DNA of 32,000 nt from Methanopyrus kandleri AV19 (GCF_000007185.1 NC_003551.1:1560001-1592000); one strand, 5' to 3'; counted from the first letter of the stretch, positions 22,270-30,858 are shown. Program-made: numbers and translations. Notes: generated from the letters alone by a model not told the origin.

Positions 22270-23277
22270 GTGTCCGTCGTCCATTGGTCCCTCTACGTCA
22301 ACTCAGCGGTGATTTCGGCGGCAGCCGCTCTGGTACTCCCGAACGTACCGGTGTACGTGTACAGGCATGGCGGGGACGAGTTCACGGCCAGCCTAGTCCT
22401 ATCGACGTTCTCGATCACGATGACGATCACTTCCTTGGCTTCAACGAGCCTTCTGGAGGGGGTTCGGGCTGGCCTTCCCATATGCTTAGGGTGTCTCGGC
22501 TACGGCTGGGCCCTTCTACCTTTCTTCGTTCACGATTCGGTGGCATCACTGGCCTTCGCCCGAGCTCTTCAGGGGGTCTGTTCGGGGTTCTCCTTTCCCG
22601 CCAACGTGGCCGCCGCACTGCAGTTGGGACGTTCCGCGGTGTCCAAAAACAACTTCTGGTCCAACGTCGGTTTCATCGTCGGCTATCTGGCCTCCTCCCA
22701 CGTACGGGACCCGTTCGGGATTTGCTCGGTCCTCAGCGCACTCGCCGCTGTCTTCGGTCTCCCGCTCTTGACGTTGAGGATCCAATCACAGGAAGACGTG
22801 AGCGCATACCACGGGTATCCGGTAGCGTTCGGAGCTGCACTCGCACTTACGCTAGCCTCGACGCTCCCTAACTCCGCCATCACACTTCTTGCTCCCAAAT
22901 ATGGAGGTGATTACGGGCTCGTAATCGCCATGATGACAGCGGTTGGAGGAGTAGCTCAACTCCTAGGACCCCGGCTCGGTGAACTCGAGTCGACGCTGCT
23001 GGCGGTCGTACTTTGCGTGGTCAGCGCTGCTCTCGGTTACTCGCTAGCGAGCGTGCTCGCGGCCGGAACCGCCACAGGCCTCATGTACTATGCGGCCAAC
23101 GTCTACAGCGGTGGAGGTAGGGGAGTTCGGGCCGTTTCCACGGCAATAGGAGTGGGTTACGCCGTGAATCAGACGATAGTGGGTGCGATCCTGTCCGCGG
23201 GACTCGACGGTTGGAGGTTCGCCACTCTCATGGCGGCGGCGATAACACTGGTCTCGCTCCTCGGGGTGAGGCGTTGA
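22270..23277 (+). CDS. MFS-type transporter
   Basis: About 10-12 hydrophobic segments throughout, glycine-rich loops, and two-halves symmetry. Start is GTG 22270 or GTG 22225. The stop overlaps the CDF start (TTGA). Confidence 0.6.
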   Translation: MSVVHWSLYVNSAVISAAAALVLPNVPVYVYRHGGDEFTASLVLSTFSITMTITSLASTSLLEGVRAGLPICLGCLGYGWALLPFFVHDSVASLAFARALQGVCSGFSFPANVAAALQLGRSAVSKNNFWSNVGFIVGYLASSHVRDPFGICSVLSALAAVFGLPLLTLRIQSQEDVSAYHGYPVAFGAALALTLASTLPNSAITLLAPKYGGDYGLVIAMMTAVGGVAQLLGPRLGELESTLLAVVLCVVSAALGYSLASVLAAGTATGLMYYAANVYSGGGRGVRAVSTAIGVGYAVNQTIVGAILSAGLDGWRFATLMAAAITLVSLLGVRR

Positions 23278-24155
23278 GCGGCGTCGAGGAGCGTCTTCAG
23301 GAAGTTCGTAGAGGTGCGCTGATCGGAATCTACGGAAACATCCTCCTATCGGTTCTCAAGATAGCAATAGGACATATCGCCAGCAGTTGGGCGCTGGTTT
23401 CCGACGGCGTTCATTCCCTGGGGGACACCGTATCTTCCGTGATGGTACTTTTGGGCGCCAAGGTCGCCCGGAAACCGCCGGACGCCCGCCACATGTACGG
23501 TCACTACAAGGCCGAAGCCCTCGCAGGACTGGGAGTCTCCATGATGGTCACGTTCACGGGTCTTCTACTGCTCTGGGAGTCGCTGATGCGCCTCCGTAAC
23601 CCAGAGCCACCGACTTCCACACTGCCTTTAGTAGTGGCCCTTGGAACCGTGGCAGCTAAGGAAGGTATGTACCGATACACCCTGCGGCTGGCCGAACGCG
23701 TCGGGAGCTCGGCGCTGAAAGCGGACGCTAAGCACCACCGTAGTGACGCCCTATCCTCGGTGGCGGCTAGCGTCGGTATCGCCGGGGCACTCTTGGGGTA
23801 TCCGTGGGCGGATCCTGGTGCCGCACTCGTAGTCTCGCTGATGATCGCGCACATGGGTCTGGAACTGTGCTGGGAGAGCGTCCACGAGCTTATGGATGTG
23901 GCCCCCGAGGACGAACTACTCGAGCGCGTTCACGAGATCGTGGAGAACACACTCCAAGACGTCGATTTTGACGTGGAACTCATCGCGGTGCGCGGCAGGA
24001 AGATGGGTCCGGCTTACCATTTCGACGTTTTCGTAGCCGCGGATCCGGAGGCACGCCTCCGGGAACTCGATACCGTCAGGAAACGGATCGTGGAGGGGAT
24101 CCGCCGAGAGATATCTGCCGCCGAGCTCGTAACCGTGGAGTTCGTCCCAATGTAG
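23274..24155 (+). CDS. cation diffusion facilitator (CDF) family metal efflux transporter
   Basis: ALVSDGVHSLGD, YGHYKAEALA and HHRSDALSS metal-site motifs, plus a C-terminal cytoplasmic domain. TTG 23274 has GGGGTGAGG 3 nt upstream. Confidence 0.88.
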   Translation: MSGVEERLQEVRRGALIGIYGNILLSVLKIAIGHIASSWALVSDGVHSLGDTVSSVMVLLGAKVARKPPDARHMYGHYKAEALAGLGVSMMVTFTGLLLLWESLMRLRNPEPPTSTLPLVVALGTVAAKEGMYRYTLRLAERVGSSALKADAKHHRSDALSSVAASVGIAGALLGYPWADPGAALVVSLMIAHMGLELCWESVHELMDVAPEDELLERVHEIVENTLQDVDFDVELIAVRGRKMGPAYHFDVFVAADPEARLRELDTVRKRIVEGIRREISAAELVTVEFVPM

Positions 24156-24184
24156 GTATCCAATTCGAAACTCAGGAACCGACT

Positions 24185-25531
24185 TCACTCTTTGTACACT
24201 CCCAACCACCTGAACGCCCCTTCACCGTCGATAAAACCCGCCAATATCGTATCCTTAGTTATAGCAACTTGTAGGGTGCCACTCAAGTCTGAGATAACCG
24301 GAAGGCCAATTATAGGCACATTCTCACCATTAACTTTAACTTCCACCGGTATTGGACTTACCCGTAAAGTAACCGTCTCCATACCTGTATACAAAGGTTT
24401 ATATACAGGTTTATCCGAAGCGCTCACAATTATTCTGCCCTCCTCATCGATATTGGCCTCTATTCCTTTAATGGGATTTTCAATATCCCCTAATTTTAGA
24501 GGAGGAGTACCATCGGACTCAGCTACTACACTACACCCATTCTCTGTAACCTCACATTTAATCGAAGCAAGATCCTTAAGGATAGAATATAGTATCTTTT
24601 TATTATTCCCTGGAAGCTGAATCTCCATCATTCCTACGATAGCTAGTCTATATTTATTCGGCACAATATCTTCGAAATCAAAATCGTTTACTCGAACCTT
24701 CCGCACTGACCCCCATTTACGTTTAATTACGTCCCAACGTCTAACATTAATGTACTCATTTTCTAACTTAATTTCAAATATTCCATTATCACTATCATAC
24801 AGTAAGATTCTATCCTCTAAGTTTATTATAGTCCAATCCCCATCATCACTAATTACTACCACACTACCGAAAGTTTCAATATTACGTGTTTTCAAACACC
24901 CGTCGTAATAACACCATAACTTAATTTTCCCATGAATGAATGTATCAACCACCCTAATATTTACAACAATATCACCAGGTACATCACCAGTAACCTTCAT
25001 CAGAACTTTACCATTTACTAGTAACTTATTATTCCTAACTTCAATATCGATAGTATCGTTATTCGAAAATTTAAATGCCAAGGTCTTTGTCGTGACTTTA
25101 TCCCCTTCAGGAAGTTTAATATTATCAACAAGAACCTTATATTTTAAATGTTTTGAACTTATACTAGCCAATGGAACGTTAGTGCCCAAACCTTTATTAA
25201 CGATTTCCTCAATTATAAAATGTTCAGATTTTATCTTATTTATTTTCAAATCGAACCCAATCTCAATACTTACCTCGTACAGTCCTTCAGAGGCGGTTAA
25301 GGCAATTTTATCGTTCCTTTTAAACTCGTATGTTTCAGTAGTCGTCTCTGATTTAGCATTTATTAACACTTTGTTTTCAGTTGGAACAATCCTTATCGTA
25401 TCCCCGATGTTTAACTTACTTAAGATCAAACGATCGTTCAGCTTTAGACTCCGATTGGCAACCTTAATTCGTACGATGTTCGCAGAAGTGTGAACTTCTA
25501 AGGGATCGTCGTATGATATATTTGTAATCAT
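24185..25531 (-). CDS. orphan 448-aa beta-rich protein encoded in a low-GC island (function unknown)
   Basis: An uninterrupted 448-codon ORF in 30-45% GC DNA, where random ORFs should be short. Asn/Lys/Ile-rich. No signal peptide, TM segment or known motif, and no SD. TATA-like CTAAATAG lies 24-33 nt upstream of ATG 25531. Confidence 0.75.
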   Translation of the reverse strand: MITNISYDDPLEVHTSANIVRIKVANRSLKLNDRLILSKLNIGDTIRIVPTENKVLINAKSETTTETYEFKRNDKIALTASEGLYEVSIEIGFDLKINKIKSEHFIIEEIVNKGLGTNVPLASISSKHLKYKVLVDNIKLPEGDKVTTKTLAFKFSNNDTIDIEVRNNKLLVNGKVLMKVTGDVPGDIVVNIRVVDTFIHGKIKLWCYYDGCLKTRNIETFGSVVVISDDGDWTIINLEDRILLYDSDNGIFEIKLENEYINVRRWDVIKRKWGSVRKVRVNDFDFEDIVPNKYRLAIVGMMEIQLPGNNKKILYSILKDLASIKCEVTENGCSVVAESDGTPPLKLGDIENPIKGIEANIDEEGRIIVSASDKPVYKPLYTGMETVTLRVSPIPVEVKVNGENVPIIGLPVISDLSGTLQVAITKDTILAGFIDGEGAFRWLGVYKE

Positions 25532-25550
25532 ATGTTTTGATGGATCCCAT

Positions 25551-25558
25551 TCTATTTA
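25551..25558 (-). promoter_or_regulatory. TATA-like element (CTAAATAG on minus strand) upstream of the island ORF
   Basis: The distance to the ATG fits a leaderless or very short-leader archaeal transcript. It overlaps the stop of the 19-codon mini-ORF. Confidence 0.3.
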
Positions 25559-25776
25559 GACCTTACAGGAGCGAGCTTGTGAACCTATGTTGACAGTTAT
25601 TTCGTCAGTACTCATCCAGGTCCCCCTGGCGTTCAATCGCCATATTTTTTACGCGGAGCGATTCCACATCACATGCTGATGGGATACGTTGTCATTAGGA
25701 TTCATGTGGCGTATATCGCCCGAAACCTCCAAGGAGCACGTAGCCATCGAATCGCGGAGTCACCCGGGGGATCTCG

Positions 25777-27114
25777 ATGCTAGCCGTAGCCATCGCTGGA
25801 GTTCGCAGCGGCTGCGGTAAAACTTCGCTCTCGATCGGGTTGGTGAGGGCGTTACGCGAGGAGGGAACCCGAGTGCGTCCCTTTAAGGTCGGTCCCGATT
25901 ACATAGATCCCACGTACTTGGAAGTCGCGGCTGGCCTAGAGGCGTTCAACCTGGACGTCTGGATGATGGGAGAGAGCGGCGTGGTGGACGCTTTCGGGAG
26001 GTACACCCGGAGATGCGATGCGGCGGTCATTGAAGGCGTGATGGGGATGTTCGACGGGCACGGGGAAGGCACCGTCGAGGGGAGCACCGCCCACGTAGCG
26101 GCCCTTTTGGGCGTCCCGGTGGTTCTGGTGGTGGACTGTAGGAGTTATGCTACGACGGTCGCAGCCGAGGTCCGCGGGTTCCGGGACATGGCCCATGAGA
26201 TCGGGACCCGACTCGAAGGGGTGATCCTCAACAGGGTCGGAAGCGAGCGTCACGAGCGGCTGCTGATCACAGCGCTGAGGCGTTACTGTCCAGATGTTCG
26301 GGTGTTCGGGGTAATCCCCAGGCTCGAGGATGCCGTCATACCGGACAGGCATCTGGGTCTCATCCCGGCGGACGAGCGCAACGAGTTCGCCGAGCGGGTG
26401 GCGGAGTACTGGGGCGAGGTCGTCGCCGAGCACGTGGACCTCGACGCGCTTCGGGAGCTGGAAGTCGAAGGGCCCTCGGTCGAGCCCAGTCCACCACCCG
26501 AACCGGAGCGCGTCGAGACCAAGGTGGCGGTAATCTCGGGTCGCGTGTTCACCTTCTATTACCGGGAGAACTTACGCTTCCTAGCGGAATCCGCGGAGGT
26601 CGTGCCGGTGGATCCGGAGAAGGATCGGCTTCCGGACGTCGACGCCGTGTACATCCCTGGCGGGTACCCCGAAGTGTACGCCGATAACCTCGACGACCGG
26701 TTGATGAGGGACCTCCTGGAGTTCCACGAGGAGGGAGGCAGGATCCTGGGAGAGTGCGGAGGACTGATGTACCTGTGCTCCGAGGTAGTGGACGCGGACG
26801 GCGATCGTCACGATATGGTGGGAGTGTTCGACGCGGTGGCACGAATGCGGGAACGGTTGGCCGCGCTGGGATACGTCGAAGGTCGTGTGACCGACGCGCA
26901 CCCGTTCGCGCCCTCCGGATCCGAAATCCGGGGTCACGAGTTCCACTACTCCGTCGTGGACGTTAGGGAGGATCTGGAGTACGCGTACAGGCTCTCACGA
27001 GGGACTGGGGTAAGAGAGGGCCTGGACGGGCTCGTTAAGGGGAACACGGTAGCCTCGTACACGCATCTCCACATCAGGTCGGACGGCGGTGTGTTCCGCG
27101 GTCTAGTACAGTAG
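25777..27114 (+). CDS. cbiA: cobyrinate / Ni-sirohydrochlorin a,c-diamide synthase (CbiA/CfbB family)
   Basis: AGVRSGCGKTSLSIGL P-loop, KVGPDYIDP, and a C-terminal glutamine amidotransferase domain with GECGGLMYL. ATG 25777 has GGGGGA upstream. The cobamide versus F430 paralogue cannot be decided from sequence by eye. Confidence 0.9.
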   Translation: MLAVAIAGVRSGCGKTSLSIGLVRALREEGTRVRPFKVGPDYIDPTYLEVAAGLEAFNLDVWMMGESGVVDAFGRYTRRCDAAVIEGVMGMFDGHGEGTVEGSTAHVAALLGVPVVLVVDCRSYATTVAAEVRGFRDMAHEIGTRLEGVILNRVGSERHERLLITALRRYCPDVRVFGVIPRLEDAVIPDRHLGLIPADERNEFAERVAEYWGEVVAEHVDLDALRELEVEGPSVEPSPPPEPERVETKVAVISGRVFTFYYRENLRFLAESAEVVPVDPEKDRLPDVDAVYIPGGYPEVYADNLDDRLMRDLLEFHEEGGRILGECGGLMYLCSEVVDADGDRHDMVGVFDAVARMRERLAALGYVEGRVTDAHPFAPSGSEIRGHEFHYSVVDVREDLEYAYRLSRGTGVREGLDGLVKGNTVASYTHLHIRSDGGVFRGLVQ

Positions 27115-27127
27115 GGGGTTCCGTCGG

Positions 27128-27742
27128 ATGGTCGAGATCACCATCGTGGTGGACAACCGGGTCGGTATGGTCCGTGATCCCTACGTCGCCCGGCACGGCC
27201 TGGCGATCATCGTGGAAACCGACAGCTCGCTGATACTCTTCGACACGGGTCCTTCCGCGAATACGCTGGCGAACAATCTGAGGCTGGCAGGGTTCGACGC
27301 GAGCTTCGACCACGTGGTGATCTCTCACGAGCACTGGGACCACACGGGCGGTTTGGAGGCCGTCGAGGGAACCGTTCACCGACCCGGCGGCGGTGAGGAG
27401 ACTCTCGACGACGACGTGGTCGTGACGCGGACGTTCGAGGGAGAGTACGAGGGCAGACCGATGCCAGAACAGGCGTTGATCGTCGGGGACGTTGCGCTGA
27501 TAGGATGCTGTCACTTCGACCTGGAGGAGCTGCTGGGCGAGTACGAGCCGAAGACGGTGATCGGCGGCCTACATCTGATGGGTGCCCCCGAGGAGGAACT
27601 CGAGCGGACTGCCGAGCTGTTCCGGGAGTACGGGGTCCGAGAGGTTTACGCGTGCCATTGTACGGGGCTCTCGGAATCCGCGTACCTGGCGAAGGTCGTG
27701 GGTGGAGAACCCGCGTACGTGCCGATGCGGATGCGGTTCTGA
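27128..27742 (+). CDS. MBL-fold protein, COG1237-like
   Basis: ITIVVDNRV...ARHGLAIIVETD..LILFDTGPS...ISHEHWDHTGGL follows the COG1237 pattern. It is shorter (204 aa) than typical members. Confidence 0.75.
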   Translation: MVEITIVVDNRVGMVRDPYVARHGLAIIVETDSSLILFDTGPSANTLANNLRLAGFDASFDHVVISHEHWDHTGGLEAVEGTVHRPGGGEETLDDDVVVTRTFEGEYEGRPMPEQALIVGDVALIGCCHFDLEELLGEYEPKTVIGGLHLMGAPEEELERTAELFREYGVREVYACHCTGLSESAYLAKVVGGEPAYVPMRMRF

Positions 27743-27923
27743 TCTCGGTCCCCCAAGGGGCGCCTCCCCATCTCGCGTCGGGCCCCACCCGACAGGTCAT
27801 CCCGGCCTCGGACACCGCCGTTTCGGTCATCGGTCGCCCTGTGGGGGCGTATCCTCATCGGCAGGTTCAGCCGCCGCGGTAGGGGGCCTTCGATCATCCG
27901 AATGTCACCAGCGACGGGCCTCA

Positions 27924-29219
27924 TCACGCCTCGACTCGGGCCACGAAGAAACCGTCGGTATCGTGGCGATGTGGCCAGATCCTGCGGGCCTCCGGCATCC
28001 TTACACCGGGTGAAGCCCATTCCAGAGGAACATCCACGAGCTCGAGACCCCGGTAGCGCCGGACGAGACGTTCGATCAGGCGCTCGTTCTCGGTGAGCGT
28101 GATCGAACACGTGGAGTACACTATCCTGCCGCCCGGCTTCAGCAGCCTCACGGCGACCTTCAGGAGCTCCCACTGGAGCTGGGCCCACTTGGTCGGCTCG
28201 CCGGTTGTCTCCCGATCCCACCTCTTCTCGGGCTTGGAATAGACGGACCCCGTACCCGTGCACGGCGGGTCGACGAGGACTAAGTCCGCAATCCCCTCAC
28301 CCAGCTGATCGGGCGCGTCGCGTGCGTCCATGCACAGTGTTTCCACGATGTCGTCCGCGTGGAACTGCCTGACCCGCTTCTTCAGTGTTCCGAACCTCTT
28401 CGGGTGCATGTCGATTGCGATGATCTCCCCACGGCCTTCCATCAGCTGGGCTAGATGGGTGGTTTTCCCACCCGGAGCTGCACACAAGTCGACGACGGTC
28501 ATCCCCGGCTCAGGCTCGGCGGCGTGGGCGACGGCTGCGGAGGCCTTCGTCTGAGGGTACACTTCACCCTTCTTGAACTCCGGGGTCTTGATGACCGGTG
28601 TCTCGGCGGATCTTATGCGGAGGACATCGGGGACGTCCGGGTCCCGTTCTGCTTCGATCCCCCTTCGCTTCAACCGTCTCACGACTTCTTCAGGGTCGGA
28701 CACTAAGGTATTGACACGAACGTACCGGGCAGGTCTCCGGTTGCAGGCTTCCAGGAACTTGCGCAACTCGTCCATGCTGTCGAAGGCCGAGCGCACGAGC
28801 TCCACGTACCACTTGGGGAAGTTATAGCGGGCCGCGAAGCGGGCCGTAGGGTCCCTAATGGAACTGATGACTTCCTCGGGGTTCACACGCTCCACCTGTC
28901 TGAGGATGGCGTTGGCGAAACGGGCGTGCTTGGGTCCGACACGCTCCTTGACGACGTCCACTACGGCCTTAGTGACGGGCCCCGGATGCTCACGGCGCCA
29001 GTGGATCTCCCACGTGCCTACTCGTAGGGCGTTGCGGAGGTACGGGTGAAGGTCCTCGACCGTGGAACCCCGGAGTACTCTGTTGAGAACTAGGTCCACA
29101 TTACCCAGAACTCGCACGAGCTCGTGGGCTAATGCTTGAACGAATCTATGCCTACGCCCGCCTATGCCGCGAAGGGCGTTACGGAGGGCGGCTTTGAGCG
29201 AGTGGCCCCGCTCTTCCAT
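27924..29219 (-). CDS. RNA cytosine-C5 methyltransferase, NOL1/NOP2/Sun (RsmB-like) family
   Basis: SAM motif VVDLCAAPGGKTTHL, motif IV DPPCTGTG, motif VI YSTCS, and an N-terminal NusB-like region. Ends with tandem stops TGATGA. Confidence 0.9.
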   Translation of the reverse strand: MEERGHSLKAALRNALRGIGGRRHRFVQALAHELVRVLGNVDLVLNRVLRGSTVEDLHPYLRNALRVGTWEIHWRREHPGPVTKAVVDVVKERVGPKHARFANAILRQVERVNPEEVISSIRDPTARFAARYNFPKWYVELVRSAFDSMDELRKFLEACNRRPARYVRVNTLVSDPEEVVRRLKRRGIEAERDPDVPDVLRIRSAETPVIKTPEFKKGEVYPQTKASAAVAHAAEPEPGMTVVDLCAAPGGKTTHLAQLMEGRGEIIAIDMHPKRFGTLKKRVRQFHADDIVETLCMDARDAPDQLGEGIADLVLVDPPCTGTGSVYSKPEKRWDRETTGEPTKWAQLQWELLKVAVRLLKPGGRIVYSTCSITLTENERLIERLVRRYRGLELVDVPLEWASPGVRMPEARRIWPHRHDTDGFFVARVEA

Positions 29220-29277
29220 GTCGGTGAGTGCGTCGGCGAGGGTTCCGATGACGGTGCGTATGGGGGGAGAAGCCCCC

Positions 29278-30753
29278 TTACTCCGGAGGTATAGTCATTA
29301 GACGCTCCCTGGCCTTCTCCGGGCCCAGCTTCTTCACGGTTCTGTTGTACGCGTAGTAGAAGATGAACGGTCCCGGTACCATCAGTGCGATCCACCAGTA
29401 GAAGCTCGTCGGGTCGCTGATGGCGATCTCACCCAGGAAGAATAGGCTCAGCACGGTACCGGTGGCTCCCAGCCAGTTGACTGCCTTCTTGGTCTTGTCA
29501 CCCAACGGGGCCTTCTCGTAAATGTCCGGTCTTACGAACTTCCAGACAAGTCCGGTCATACAGATGAACAGGTACGTGAACAGCAGCGCTACCGTCGTGA
29601 TGTCCACGGCCGCCAGGAACTTACCGACCGCCCACGTCAGGATCACCGAGACTACCATCAGGACCGTCAGTGCCCAGTGCGGAGTACCGAAGCTCTTGTG
29701 CACCTTAGCGAACACCTTCGGGAACATCCCGTCGTAGGCCCAGGCGAACGTCATCCTGCTGGTCGACAGGAACATCGGCGGCAGGTCGCTTAACAGCGCG
29801 ATAGCGGCCACGAACGCTACGTATCCCGCGAGTGCGCTCGGCATTATCGGAGCCATCGCCTCGGGGACGGTGAAGTTGCTACCCGCCTTGTCGGCGAGCG
29901 CCGCCTTAGCGTAGATGTACTCCCAAGGCACGGCGTGGTACACCGCGGCCGAGTACAGCAGGTAGTACGCCGTGATGATCCCCAGCGCGATCAACATGCC
30001 TCTGAACACGGTTTTCTCCGGCTTCTTGACTTCACCTGCCGCCTGCGTGCCCGTCTCGAAGCCCACGTACGCGAACACCAGCGTCGCGGCCGCCGAGAAT
30101 ATCGCGCTGAGGGTACCTACGTCCTTCGGTAGTCCTCCAGCCTGAGATATCAGCGATTTCAGCGCGGTCGTTCCGCCGATCGCCTTGAGGTACTCGGCCG
30201 GAGAGTGTGCGAATCCGTACCCGACTACGATGAAGAAACCCGTCAGCAGGATGAAGAACATCACATCGACGACGGCCTCGTAAATCCGGATTCCTAAGAC
30301 GTTGACTAGCCACGTGAAGATGATGATAAGGGTCGCCACCTCGAGTGTGTGTGCGTTCAACCACTTCCCTGCCGCCGGTGCACCCCAGAACTTGCACATC
30401 GCCGCCAACAGTGCCACGTCTCCGATCGCGATCGCTACGAAGGCTCCGATCTCGCCCACGAATCGGCTCCAAGAGCTGAAGAATGCCAAGAACGGGTCGA
30501 ACAGTCGGCTCACGTACGTGTAGTGACCGCCTGCTCGTGGAACCGCCGCGCTGAGGGCTCCTGCTACGATACCGGCTACCAAGCTCGGAACGGCCCCGAT
30601 CAAGAACGCCAACGGAACGTAAGGACCGACTCCCGGTGCCTTGACTTGGATCATACACGTCAGGACGTTGACTCCTCCTCCGATCACGGTACAACAAATC
30701 GTTGAAATGAAACCCAACATGGTGAGCTCTCGCCTGAGACCTACCTTCTCCAT
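29278..30753 (-). CDS. APC superfamily amino acid/polyamine permease
   Basis: 12 hydrophobic segments. N-terminal LRRELTMLGFISTICCTVIGGGV and ...PRAGGHYTYV are typical of APC transporters. ATG 30753 has GGGGA upstream; GTG 30771 is an alternative. Confidence 0.88.
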   Translation of the reverse strand: MEKVGLRRELTMLGFISTICCTVIGGGVNVLTCMIQVKAPGVGPYVPLAFLIGAVPSLVAGIVAGALSAAVPRAGGHYTYVSRLFDPFLAFFSSWSRFVGEIGAFVAIAIGDVALLAAMCKFWGAPAAGKWLNAHTLEVATLIIIFTWLVNVLGIRIYEAVVDVMFFILLTGFFIVVGYGFAHSPAEYLKAIGGTTALKSLISQAGGLPKDVGTLSAIFSAAATLVFAYVGFETGTQAAGEVKKPEKTVFRGMLIALGIITAYYLLYSAAVYHAVPWEYIYAKAALADKAGSNFTVPEAMAPIMPSALAGYVAFVAAIALLSDLPPMFLSTSRMTFAWAYDGMFPKVFAKVHKSFGTPHWALTVLMVVSVILTWAVGKFLAAVDITTVALLFTYLFICMTGLVWKFVRPDIYEKAPLGDKTKKAVNWLGATGTVLSLFFLGEIAISDPTSFYWWIALMVPGPFIFYYAYNRTVKKLGPEKARERLMTIPPE

Positions 30754-30784
30754 TTTAGCGTCCCCAGCCACTTCCGACCACCGC

Positions 30785-30858
30785 CCGGAAATCGCTTTCC
30801 GGTTTTATCTTACCTATCCCGCAAAGGCCGGCGGATAGGAATTATAACCTTTCCGGTT
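30785..30858 (-). promoter_or_regulatory. structured upstream region of the APC gene: two TATA-like boxes, each followed by a palindrome, plus a 10-nt direct repeat
   Basis: - Inverted repeat 1: CCGGAAA (30785-91) tcgc TTTCCGG (30796-802).
- Inverted repeat 2: CCTATCCCGC (30813-22) / GCGGATAGG (30831-39).
- CTTTCCGGTT occurs at 30795-804 and again at 30849-58.
- On the minus strand, GTTATAATT and TAAGATAAAA boxes precede the palindromes. Confidence 0.4.

Noticed and set aside
24192-25493. Plus-strand ORFs 24192-24620 (142 aa) and 24936-25493 (185 aa) inside the low-GC island.
   Set aside because: They are antisense to the uninterrupted 448-codon ORF. Their S/L/T/F-rich products look like complements of a K/E/N/I-rich gene, and the long minus-strand ORF is the far more parsimonious coding frame.
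25654-25776. Cobalamin riboswitch or other leader upstream of cbiA.
   Set aside because: No B12-box-like consensus or convincing multi-stem architecture is seen by eye, and I am not aware of cobalamin riboswitches being established in archaea. It is kept only as an unexplained long spacer.
24140-25780. Direct repeats or att-like sites flanking the low-GC island.
   Set aside because: Only a weak, gapped resemblance was found: CGAAACTCAGGAAC at ~24166 versus CGAAACCTCCAAGGAGC at ~25721. This is not convincing without a computed alignment.
27207-28263. Four long overlapping ORFs (27207-27830 minus, 27505-27882 plus, 27582-28013 plus, 27646-28263 minus).
   Set aside because: All are Arg/Pro/Gly/Ser-rich and overlap the well-supported MBL-fold and RsmB-like genes or the spacer between them. 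This is typical antisense or off-frame read-through.
29262-29277. GGGGGG-agaag-CCCCC hairpin directly after the APC permease stop as a terminator.
   Set aside because: A short stem with no adjacent oligo-T on the transcribed strand. The downstream methyltransferase gene has no promoter-like element of its own, so read-through co-transcription seems more likely.
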